Translations under genes and position numbers: made by a program | Part shown: piece by piece, positions 1 to 7,326 of the stretch | How positions within the stretch are numbered: the stretch's first letter is position 1 | How the letters are laid out: the number at the start of each line of letters is the position of its first letter | NCBI GenBank assembly: GCA_025340205.1 | Contig: CP006868.1 | Location: 1,170,001 to 1,202,000 of the forward strand | Length of the DNA stretch: 32,000 nt | From: Ignicoccus pacificus DSM 13166 | GTDB lineage: Archaea; Thermoproteota; Thermoprotei_A; Sulfolobales; Ignicoccaceae | Direction of reading: 5' to 3' | The notes under the pieces: generated by a model | The model's database searches: none | Seen by the model: the letters and a program-made list of their open reading frames with translations, nothing else | What the model was told of the DNA's origin: nothing

Positions 1-1
1 T

Positions 2-754
2 TTCTCTGCGGTAGTTCAAGATGGGGACTTCCAGATACTATTCGACGCCGGACTAACCGGAACCGTTGCCTTGAGCAACGCCGAGAAGCTCGGAATAGAG
101 ATAAGGCCTAACTTCATCGTAGTGAGTCACGGACACTTGGACCACACCGGAGGCCTCCCGAAGGTCTTGGAAAAGGTCAAGGCTCCAGTAATAGCCCATC
201 CGGAGGCCTTCGAGCCCAAGTTCGCCATGATAGGAGGGAAGCTCTATGAGATAGGCTTCCCCATGCCTAGGCACAAGCTGGAGGAGATGACTAGGGTAAT
301 AGCGACGAAGTCTCCCTTGCAGATAACCGACAGGATCTTCTTCTCTGGAGAGATACCGAGGAAGTGGGGTCCGACCCACTCCGGCTTGGTTTACAAGGTC
401 GATCCGGAGAAGGGGGTAATCCAAGACTTGGTGAAGGACGACGCTGCCTTGTACATCAAGACTCCTAAGGGCCTCTTCGTGGTGACCGGCTGCGGTCACT
501 CGGGAGTGGAGAACATAGTGGAGTACGGATTGGAGGTAACCAAGGAAAAGAAGCTTTACGGAATTTTGGGAGGCCTCCACTTGCTGGGAGCCACCGAGGA
601 GAGGATGATCGAGGTAGCTAAGTACTTAGCTTCCAAGAATCCCGAAATAGTAGTGCCTACCCACTGCACCGGACAGAGAGCTCAGTACCTCTTAATGAAG
701 GAGCTCGGAGATGCCTATCGCGAGGGAGGACCGGGGGTCTCCGTCGAGCTCTGA
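2..754 (+). CDS. MBL-fold metallo-hydrolase; 5' end runs off the window
   Basis: The frame is open from nt 2 (FSAVVQDGDFQILFDAG... precedes the listed start at 71). It has the HxHxDH motif 'SHGHLDHTGG', plus later 'GCGHSG' and 'PTHCTG' ligand-like motifs typical of the beta-lactamase fold. Confidence 0.75.
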   Translation, partial: FSAVVQDGDFQILFDAGLTGTVALSNAEKLGIEIRPNFIVVSHGHLDHTGGLPKVLEKVKAPVIAHPEAFEPKFAMIGGKLYEIGFPMPRHKLEEMTRVIATKSPLQITDRIFFSGEIPRKWGPTHSGLVYKVDPEKGVIQDLVKDDAALYIKTPKGLFVVTGCGHSGVENIVEYGLEVTKEKKLYGILGGLHLLGATEERMIEVAKYLASKNPEIVVPTHCTGQRAQYLLMKELGDAYREGGPGVSVEL

Positions 755-2003
755 TCCCTAATTCTATCAATGAGAAATTTCTTCCTTTTGAGACAACCCT
801 CAGCTTGCTCAGCCTGGGAACCAATATCCTGGGCCTCTCCCCCAAGTACATTCTCCAGATGTCGCTCACTACCACAGCGATCTCATCTCCCCTTCTGACC
901 CAGAGGTAGGCGTAGGGCATCAAGAAGTACTGCTTCAAGGGAGAGCCCAGAAAGGTCACCTTGGAGGGGTCCTCCCTCGCCCACCTGGCGACCATGTTTT
1001 GAACTTCCGGGAGCTCTTCATCCCTTATCGCTAGCATTTGCTTCGAGTCCTTGAGGGGAGGGTGGACAACCTCCTTCCCCTTTATCGAGTCGAGGGGAAA
1101 GCTCAGCCTCCTCATAACCTTGGATCCCACCTCAACCACATCCTTCCCCTCAACGAGTTCACTTGAGAGAACGTTCAAGAACATCATGAGGGTTGGATCG
1201 ATCAAGACCGGAACCGCCTTTAAGTTCTCAGATCTTACCAAAGCTAACTTAATTTCAGTTATGTGGAAGAACACCTTCTTTCCCAATAGCTCCCAGTCGC
1301 CGAGCTCTACCGCTTTCTCCCAACCCTCCGGAACCCTCACAGCTTCAAACCTCCCCTCGGGGAAGGAGTACTCCCTCGCCAAGCCCTTCAGCTGGCTTAA
1401 ACTGTTTATCTTAGTAAAGAACAGCTTTACGTCTCTTCCCTTTGTATACCTTAAGACGATAGAAGTCCTCGGAGCTCCGAGCCTCTTGCAGAGCTTCTTC
1501 AAAATGTCGAGAACTTCCGAGGGCCACGTGGAGGGAGGCCACTCGGAGCAGTCCTTCACGATCTTTTCCATCTCCTTCGAGGGCACTAATTCCAGCTTTC
1601 CAAGAGTCCTCGCTATCCTTATCGAGTGATATCTAAGGATCTCCCCCTTTCCGAGCCTTCCGAACTTGTCGTTGGAGAGTATCAAGTTGAAGCCTTCCAA
1701 GTTATAGAATAAAAGCTCTATAGCCTCGTCGACCTCGTTGGATCCACTATCCCCATCAAGCTCTATAATTTCAGAAACCTTCATTTTCTCCTTTACTTCC
1801 TTCAGAAAAGGAACGCGGTTGTTCCTCTTAGAGTAAACTACTATGACCCTTCCGTACTTCCCGAGCTCTTCTAGGACTTGGAGAGCTGTTGAGGGATCCT
1901 CGATCGCGTTCAAGACGTTTGGGAGATCCACCAAGAAGTTTATCCTTACGCGCCCCCATAAGGAGATCAAGAACGAGCTCAAGGAGCTGCTAAAGCTCAC
2001 CAC
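657..2003 (-). CDS. Hypothetical protein with an N-terminal NYN/LabA-like (putative RNase) domain and a C-terminal region of about 300 aa of unknown function
   Basis: 448-aa ORF starting 48 nt downstream of nop10 on the same strand. N-terminal 'RINFLVDLPNV' and 'EVDEAIELLFYNLEGFNLILSNDKF' resemble the LabA/NYN pattern (fiDg.N ... vD.al..d ... vLvSgD.dF), recalled from memory. The 3' end overlaps the convergent MBL gene by 98 nt. Confidence 0.45.
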   Translation of the reverse strand: MVSFSSSLSSFLISLWGRVRINFLVDLPNVLNAIEDPSTALQVLEELGKYGRVIVVYSKRNNRVPFLKEVKEKMKVSEIIELDGDSGSNEVDEAIELLFYNLEGFNLILSNDKFGRLGKGEILRYHSIRIARTLGKLELVPSKEMEKIVKDCSEWPPSTWPSEVLDILKKLCKRLGAPRTSIVLRYTKGRDVKLFFTKINSLSQLKGLAREYSFPEGRFEAVRVPEGWEKAVELGDWELLGKKVFFHITEIKLALVRSENLKAVPVLIDPTLMMFLNVLSSELVEGKDVVEVGSKVMRRLSFPLDSIKGKEVVHPPLKDSKQMLAIRDEELPEVQNMVARWAREDPSKVTFLGSPLKQYFLMPYAYLWVRRGDEIAVVVSDIWRMYLGERPRILVPRLSKLRVVSKGRNFSLIELGIRARRRPPVLPRDRHLRAPSLRGTELSVRCSG

Positions 2004-2051
2004 AACTTCTCCCTATTTCTATGCCTCAGAGAAAGATTATGAGTTTTTCTC

Positions 2052-2228
2052 TTACTTGGATTCCTCTACCTTTATCCCGTACTTCGCCATTAACCTGTAC
2101 TTCACGTACTTGTCCTCGGGACTGAACCTCGGGGGATGGGGGACTCTAGTGGGAGAGCCGCAGACGGGGCAGACTTCCTTGAAGGTATACCTCCCGCAGT
2201 TGTCGCACCTCCTCATGAGCCACTTCAT
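2052..2228 (-). CDS. nop10: H/ACA RNP protein Nop10 (58 aa); not in the supplied ORF track
   Basis: Hand translation gives [58 protein letters not shown]. It has the zinc ribbon CxxC...CxxC and the [10 protein letters not shown] motif characteristic of archaeal Nop10. The ATG (2228-2226) directly abuts the aIF2-alpha stop (2231-2229). The aIF2alpha-nop10 linkage is common in archaea. Confidence 0.9.
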   Translation of the reverse strand: MKWLMRRCDNCGRYTFKEVCPVCGSPTRVPHPPRFSPEDKYVKYRLMAKYGIKVEESK

Positions 2229-3020
2229 TTACTCCACCTGCTGGAATTGGTACATCCTGAAGCCCTCTCTCTTGGCCTCCTCAGTTATCTTCTTCCCTAT
2301 GGCTTCCAGGGTCTTTCCGGCGGTCTTGTAGTCGTAGGCGGTCACCTCGATCATGTACTTGGGAGCTCCAACGGTGTAGACCCTTACCCTTATCTCATCT
2401 CCCTTCATGAAGTCGTATGCATGCATTAAGACCCTCCTTATCTTGTCCACTCCCTCCGGGTCCAAGGTCTGGAGCACTGCCATGCCTCTCAGCATCGCAG
2501 GCTTTATCTTTATGTGAGTCTTCGCTACCTCGTATATCGCCTCAGCCACGTCCTCCGGAATTCCTACCTTGGTCAGTATCTCCTTACCCTTTAACGCCGC
2601 GTCCTCGAACACTCCCAGCAAGTCTCCGAAGTGCCTCTGGATCTTGGGCTCGAGCATGTCGTAGAGCTTGTCGTAGTCCATCCCTAGCTGCTCGGCAACG
2701 AGCTTTAGGAGGTTCTCTCCCTTCTTCAGCCTCTTGTACATGAGCATCTTCTGCCTTCTCTCAGAATCCATGACCTTCTTGAGGGATACGTCAACGGTCC
2801 CCCTCTTCCTGTTTACTCTTATTACCTTCACGACTATCTTCTGGTTCTCCCTCAGGACGCTCCTTATGTTCCTGACCCACCTGGAAGCTACCTCGCTCCA
2901 AGGCAAGTAAGCTTCCAAGTCGTTGTACTCATCTAAGGTCACGTAAGCTCCATAGTCGAATACTTGCTTTACTGTTGCTACTACCAGCTCTCCTACCCTA
3001 GGCAGCCTCTTCCTAGGCAT
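2229..3020 (-). CDS. eif2a: Translation initiation factor aIF2 alpha subunit
   Basis: 263 aa. N-terminal S1 domain (PRVGELVVATVKQVFDYGAYVTLDEY..LEAYLPWSEV) followed by the helical and alpha-beta domains typical of a/eIF2-alpha. Confidence 0.92.
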   Translation of the reverse strand: MPRKRLPRVGELVVATVKQVFDYGAYVTLDEYNDLEAYLPWSEVASRWVRNIRSVLRENQKIVVKVIRVNRKRGTVDVSLKKVMDSERRQKMLMYKRLKKGENLLKLVAEQLGMDYDKLYDMLEPKIQRHFGDLLGVFEDAALKGKEILTKVGIPEDVAEAIYEVAKTHIKIKPAMLRGMAVLQTLDPEGVDKIRRVLMHAYDFMKGDEIRVRVYTVGAPKYMIEVTAYDYKTAGKTLEAIGKKITEEAKREGFRMYQFQQVE

Positions 3021-3093
3021 CTTCAGAACCCCTTCTCCGAGACGAAGGGGTGGTTAAATGAGGGCGGTCTCCGATATTACCGGGGCTTCCTAG

Positions 3094-5580
3094 TTGAGCG
3101 GCTTGTGGTGTCCTGACGAGGTCTGGGTAGTAGGGGATGAGGAGATAGTGTGCACTTACACTTGCAACAAGACCTTCGGGAAGTGCGCCGAAGACTTCTG
3201 TGTGGAGGGAGCCGAGATAGTAGAGGCCTCTGGCAAGCTAAAGGTGGAGGGTAAGTGCGTCAAGGTCTTAGGAGGAAAGGGGAGGGGAGAGCTAAGGCTT
3301 AAGCCCGTCCTCGACGAGGTCAAGGTAAATGGATATGTAATAAAGGTAAAGAGGCTTAAGATAATTCCGATCGTTAGGAAGGCGTGGCTTAAGGCTCCGA
3401 CCGAGGTCACCTTGAGGTTCGAGGGATCTCCCGGAAAGGTGGGCTTCAGCGGGTTCATCTATGGCAATCCCGTGTCCGGGGAGGTCGAGGTTCCGGGGGA
3501 GGTGAGCTTCGAGGTAATCCCCGTCTCCCCCGGCGGCCACTTGGAGCTCTCCGTCTATCCTCACCCTCAAGTGATCTTGGACTTACCCCCTCCCCAGCCC
3601 CCCGTCGAGTCCTTGGAGCTCTTGGGGGACCCCCTCTTAGGCTTACCCTTGAAGGTAATGGTTAAAGGGAGGCCGAAGAGCGAGTTCAAGGTTAAGGTTT
3701 ACGGGACGGAGGCGAAGGGGAAGACGGACGAGGAAGGAAAGGGCATGGTTACCGTAATTCCAAAGGAGAAAGACAAGAAGGCTGTCGTGATCATCGGAGA
3801 GTATTCCAAGACCTTTGAGGTTCCCGAACCAAAGGAGCCGATAAGGCTCAAGAGCGCTTCCATAAGTGGAAGCGAGCTAGTGCTTGAGATAAGCTCAGTT
3901 AAGGACTTCTTTGCAAAGGTAATAGTTACCGGAATAGTGAAGCTTCAGAAAGATATTGCCCTGAAGAAAGGAGAGAACGAGGTTAGGATAAGGCTCGAGG
4001 AGCTCCCTCCCTTTACCAAGAGGGTCATCTTGGGAGTGAGGGTAAGGGTAGGAGAGTACGAGGAGAGCACGGAGGTAGAGGGAGAGCTGAGCGGGGTCGC
4101 AAAGGTCGTTCTCTTTGACGGTAAGAGGCTCTGGGTATACTCGACCGTCCCTAGCTCCTTGGGAATGTTTGAGCTGAGGGAAGGGGTAAACGTGATCGAG
4201 CCCCCTCTTAGGGCCCTGAGACCGTTGATCAAGGCCCCCTGCCCCGGTCCCGGTGCTATGGACTTGGTGCTGGCTATCGCTTGCGGTAAGTGCGTCAAGG
4301 TATTCTCAGATGGAAAGGACTTGGGAAGCGTCTGCTTGGACGAGGAGATAGTGGCGATAGATGTCGATGGAGAGAGGGTTCTCGCATCTGGAAAGACCTC
4401 CTCCCTCCTCCTAACAGATCCCAGGAAGCCGGCCAAGGTCCTTCCCGTAGGAGCGGTTCAGAACGCCTTGGGAGAGGATTGCATGATCCTCTGCTCCCCG
4501 GGCAAGTGTCATTGCTATTCCCTTACTGGGAAGAAGCTGTGGGATCTGCCAATAGGAGCGGACAAGCTCGAGGAGTTCTACATTCTGAAGGACGGAAAGC
4601 TGTACATGATCGAGGGGAAGTGGGTTAGGTTCATAGATGAGGTGGACGACTTCTCCAGCTACGGCGGAGAGCTTGCTATACTAAAGGGCAAGACCGTAAC
4701 CATAGGAAACAAGAGCTTTGAGGTGGACGGGAACAAAATAGAACTAGGTAAGGACTTCCTCGTGACCTATGGGGGTGAGTTCATATCCATATACTCAAAG
4801 GACGGCAAGCTGCTTTACAGGAAGAAGGAGAGGGCGAGGAGCGTTAAGGTAATCGATAGCAAGATACTCGTGAGCACGGACAAGGAAACCACGCTCTACG
4901 AACCGGTATACGAGACCTTTGAGGAGCCCCTCATCAAGCTGGAGGAGATACCCTCGGAGCTCAGGAACGAGAGGGCCTTCAGATTCATCACAATGCACTA
5001 CGAAAGCGTTATAGCCTACAAGGACTGCTTCTTGAGCTCCCACCTTCCGTTGGATCTCGTCGAAACCCTAGAGCTCTGCAAGCTCTCGGCCTCTCAGCCC
5101 GAGTACTCCGAGGTCTTCGAGAACCCGGACCTCATAGACGACCTTCCTTCCTTAAAGAAATATCTATCCGTTATGAGAATAGCTGAGAAGGGAGGAATGC
5201 TCGGAAGGCTCGCAAAGGACATATCTTCGAAGGCCCTCCCGTTAAAGGACTTGAAGCTTTACAAAGCCTTGAAGAAGGCTGAAGAGGTTCTGAATGACTC
5301 TCTTCCGACGTTAAAGGACCTCAACGAGAGCTTGTCCTCAATTAGGGAAGCCTTGGATGAGATAGGGGAGATAGAGGAGGGAGACCTCTGGAGGAGGGTA
5401 TCTGAAATAGAGAACGTCGGAGAACTCTCCGATCTTTTACTTAAAGAGAACATGGGACTGGACGAGCTGGCGATTAAGGTCTCAAGGGAAATAAGGAATC
5501 CTGAGCATTTGCTGAGAAAGGCTGAGGAGGCTATCCGCTTGTTAGAGCGCTCCAAGGAGTTGCTGGTGGAGGGCCGATGA
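3094..5580 (+). CDS. Large multidomain hypothetical protein: beta-sandwich/Ig-like N-terminal half, PQQ-like beta-propeller-type repeats, alpha-helical C-terminal quarter. No signal peptide.
   Basis: 828-aa ORF with a TTG start. 'KVKVYGTEAKGKTDEEGKGMVTV' looks like a CarboxypepD_reg-type beta-sandwich. 'YSLTGKKLWDLP' and 'YSKDGKLLY' look like PQQ-type blades. The C-terminal ~200 aa are rich in L/E/K (helical). Confidence 0.6.
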   Translation: MSGLWCPDEVWVVGDEEIVCTYTCNKTFGKCAEDFCVEGAEIVEASGKLKVEGKCVKVLGGKGRGELRLKPVLDEVKVNGYVIKVKRLKIIPIVRKAWLKAPTEVTLRFEGSPGKVGFSGFIYGNPVSGEVEVPGEVSFEVIPVSPGGHLELSVYPHPQVILDLPPPQPPVESLELLGDPLLGLPLKVMVKGRPKSEFKVKVYGTEAKGKTDEEGKGMVTVIPKEKDKKAVVIIGEYSKTFEVPEPKEPIRLKSASISGSELVLEISSVKDFFAKVIVTGIVKLQKDIALKKGENEVRIRLEELPPFTKRVILGVRVRVGEYEESTEVEGELSGVAKVVLFDGKRLWVYSTVPSSLGMFELREGVNVIEPPLRALRPLIKAPCPGPGAMDLVLAIACGKCVKVFSDGKDLGSVCLDEEIVAIDVDGERVLASGKTSSLLLTDPRKPAKVLPVGAVQNALGEDCMILCSPGKCHCYSLTGKKLWDLPIGADKLEEFYILKDGKLYMIEGKWVRFIDEVDDFSSYGGELAILKGKTVTIGNKSFEVDGNKIELGKDFLVTYGGEFISIYSKDGKLLYRKKERARSVKVIDSKILVSTDKETTLYEPVYETFEEPLIKLEEIPSELRNERAFRFITMHYESVIAYKDCFLSSHLPLDLVETLELCKLSASQPEYSEVFENPDLIDDLPSLKKYLSVMRIAEKGGMLGRLAKDISSKALPLKDLKLYKALKKAEEVLNDSLPTLKDLNESLSSIREALDEIGEIEEGDLWRRVSEIENVGELSDLLLKENMGLDELAIKVSREIRNPEHLLRKAEEAIRLLERSKELLVEGR

Positions 5581-5588
5581 GGATACCT

Positions 5589-5608
5589 CCTCTCATTTGG
5601 ATGAGAGG
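5589..5608 (+). other. Perfect 8-bp stem / 4-nt loop hairpin 9 nt after the stop of the 828-aa ORF
   Basis: cctctcat-ttgg-atgagagg read directly. Possible 3' RNA structure; archaeal termination does not require hairpins. Confidence 0.3.
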
Positions 5609-5688
5609 TGAAGAGCCTCACGGCGCCCGAGGACCCCTTTCTACAAGCTCATAAGAGGTGGGTGGGCCCACCCGCGGGGAGATAGGAA

Positions 5689-6009
5689 GTGAAGCTCCCT
5701 CCAATTCAAGATGTTGTCGAGACCTACTCTAAGTTCGTTGAGAAGGAGGATATCGACTCCGCCAACAGGTTCCTCGCCAGCGTCTGCGCCACCATAGCCT
5801 ACGCCACGGCAGCCGGAACCCTGGATCCAGAGGACGCCAAGAGCTACGCCGACGAGCTGAGGGAGAGGATCGTGGAAGGTCCCGAGATGCTCAACCCCTA
5901 CGTCTTCGGCCTGCTCGGAGACCTCATCGAGGATCCCACTGACCTCGAGAGGGTGAAGGAGAGGCTTAGGCTCATCTGGAGCATGGACTACTTGGGGCTC
6001 GAGGATTGA
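5689..6009 (+). CDS. Small acidic alpha-helical hypothetical protein
   Basis: 106-aa ORF with a GTG start preceded by a ggggag motif. Its stop overlaps the TTG start of the next ORF (aTTGA), suggesting translational coupling. Confidence 0.5.
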   Translation: MKLPPIQDVVETYSKFVEKEDIDSANRFLASVCATIAYATAAGTLDPEDAKSYADELRERIVEGPEMLNPYVFGLLGDLIEDPTDLERVKERLRLIWSMDYLGLED

Positions 6010-6545
6010 GGTGCTTCTGCGGAAAGGAAGCCTTCTACTTGCAAAGGTCCTCAGGAGACCCCCTCTGCCCCAAGCACCTCATAAGGAGGCTCGAGAGGCA
6101 AGTGGCCAAGGAGGCCTCCAGGCTCGGGATACTCGAATGCAAGGAGATAACCATAACCTACAACGACTACAACAAGCCGGAAGCCCTGCTCGTCTACAAT
6201 TCCTTAAAGGAGAGGGCGAAGAGGAGGTCTTGCCCTCCTCCAAGGCTCGCGGAGGAGGGGGAATGGCACCCCTTAAGCGCTGAAAAGGTGCTTTACCTCC
6301 TCTTCAAGGCGTTCTACTTAGGAGAGCTCGATCCCCTCCTGGATCCCAAGGAGGCCAAGAACCCCGCTTACGTGATCCTCCCAAGGGATCTGATGGCTTA
6401 CTCTTACGTGAAGAAGATAAGCCCTCCTAAGCCCTTCGGAGAGGGGCCCTTGTGGGAGCTTGCTCTGAAGGTCGCTACTGAGCAACCTACTGAGACGTAC
6501 AACTCCTTCAAGTTAATAGGAAAAGTCAAGGAGATGTGGGGATGA
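6006..6545 (+). CDS. TtuA/NcsA-like (N-type ATP pyrophosphatase family) remnant lacking the PP-loop
   Basis: 179 aa. The N-terminus MRCFCGKEAFYLQRSSGDPLCPKHLIRRLERQV mirrors the Zn-finger plus helix start of archaeal TtuA/NcsA. The C-terminal 'NPAYVILPRDLMAYSYV' resembles the 'kPLy.v.ErEv.aYA' segment. No SGGxDS motif is present anywhere in the ORF. Confidence 0.4.
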   Translation: MRCFCGKEAFYLQRSSGDPLCPKHLIRRLERQVAKEASRLGILECKEITITYNDYNKPEALLVYNSLKERAKRRSCPPPRLAEEGEWHPLSAEKVLYLLFKAFYLGELDPLLDPKEAKNPAYVILPRDLMAYSYVKKISPPKPFGEGPLWELALKVATEQPTETYNSFKLIGKVKEMWG

Positions 6546-6633
6546 TCGTCACTCCCCGGCGAGATCGATGACGACAGAACCCGCGTGTGACCCACTTAAC
6601 CCTCTTTCTCCCTCGCTCGTAGGAGGGGAAAGG

Positions 6634-7233
6634 ATGAAGGTGAAGATATGCGGAGTCACGAATCCCAAGGACGCTGAGCTGGCCGTAGAGGCGGGGGCTC
6701 ACTACGTGGGAGTTATCATAGGTGCTAAGTCCCCTAGGTTAATACCTCCCGAAAGGAGCAAGGAGATAGCTTCTATCCTTCCCTCTCACGTAAAGCTGGT
6801 AGGAGTGGTAGACGCCAGGAAGGAGCTGGACCTCGATCTGATTTTGAGAAGCTCGGTAAGGGTCGTTCAGCTTCACTGGGCCAGCTATCAGTCCTACAAG
6901 AGGGCGCTAGAGCTCCTAAAGCCCTATTCCGTTTCCGTTGCCTTGGCATCACCTTCGTTCAAGGACTGGCCCCTGGAGAGGCTTGAAGTCGAGTACTTGT
7001 TAGTGGACGTGAAGGACCACGAGAAGAAGGCGGAGGAAGTAGGAAGGGCTAGACCCTTGGCTAAGACCTTAGGTATAGCTGGAGGGCTGAATCCTAATAA
7101 CTTGAGGGACGTGTTGAGAGGCGTTAAGGTGGATATGGTAGACGTGAGCAGTGGCGTAGAGAAAGTCAAAGGGAAGAAAGATCCGGAAATGGTGAGGGCC
7201 TTCGTCTCAAGCGCCCTCGGCCTGCCTCCGTGA
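6634..7233 (+). CDS. trpF: Phosphoribosylanthranilate isomerase
   Basis: MKVKICGVTNPKDAELAVEAGAHYVGVI...SPR..., VQLHW, GIAGGLNPNNL and VDVSSGVEKVKGKKD are classic TrpF motifs. The start is placed at the ATG at 6634 behind aggagggg, not at the listed 6568. Confidence 0.88.
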   Translation: MKVKICGVTNPKDAELAVEAGAHYVGVIIGAKSPRLIPPERSKEIASILPSHVKLVGVVDARKELDLDLILRSSVRVVQLHWASYQSYKRALELLKPYSVSVALASPSFKDWPLERLEVEYLLVDVKDHEKKAEEVGRARPLAKTLGIAGGLNPNNLRDVLRGVKVDMVDVSSGVEKVKGKKDPEMVRAFVSSALGLPP

Positions 7234-7326
7234 TCGACCGGTTAACACTTCTTAGTAATTCCTAATTAATTATGCCCTTGAAGCGAAAGCGAGAACGTAA
7301 CGAAAGCACTTCAACGCCCTTTTCCT

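Noticed and set aside
53-580. 175-aa minus-strand ORF antisense to the MBL-fold gene. The same applies to similar shadow ORFs at 1051-1629, 1843-2331, 2136-2429, 2417-2743, 3156-3570, 3945-4436, 4290-4628, 4795-5043, 5259-5621, 6011-6283, 6404-6595, 6924-7169, 8677-8901, 10513-10851, 12116-12337, 12875-13450, 14428-14733, 16529-16795, 17294-17593, 17637-18429, 22502-23012, 23350-23595, 24081-24305, 24985-26789, 26886-27068, 27744-28385, 28909-29224, 29935-30126, 30909-31100 and 31544-31792.
   Set aside because: Each lies inside or antisense to an ORF with strong family motifs. Their compositions are low-complexity S/P/L/R/G-rich, as expected for off-frame or antisense translation.
3029-3050. 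7-bp hairpin ccccttc-tccgagac-gaagggg in the divergent region between aIF2-alpha and the 828-aa ORF, and the 12-nt palindrome ggtgggcccacc at 5661-5672.
   Set aside because: These are short GC-rich palindromes of unknown significance, with nothing to separate them from chance or generic 5'-UTR structure.
6568-6633. Upstream start codons listed for trpF (6568), cas1 (12653), cas2 (13522) and the coiled-coil gene (16460).
   Set aside because: The extensions overlap the preceding genes, lack family similarity, and skip better-placed starts that have SD-like motifs or stop/start overlaps.
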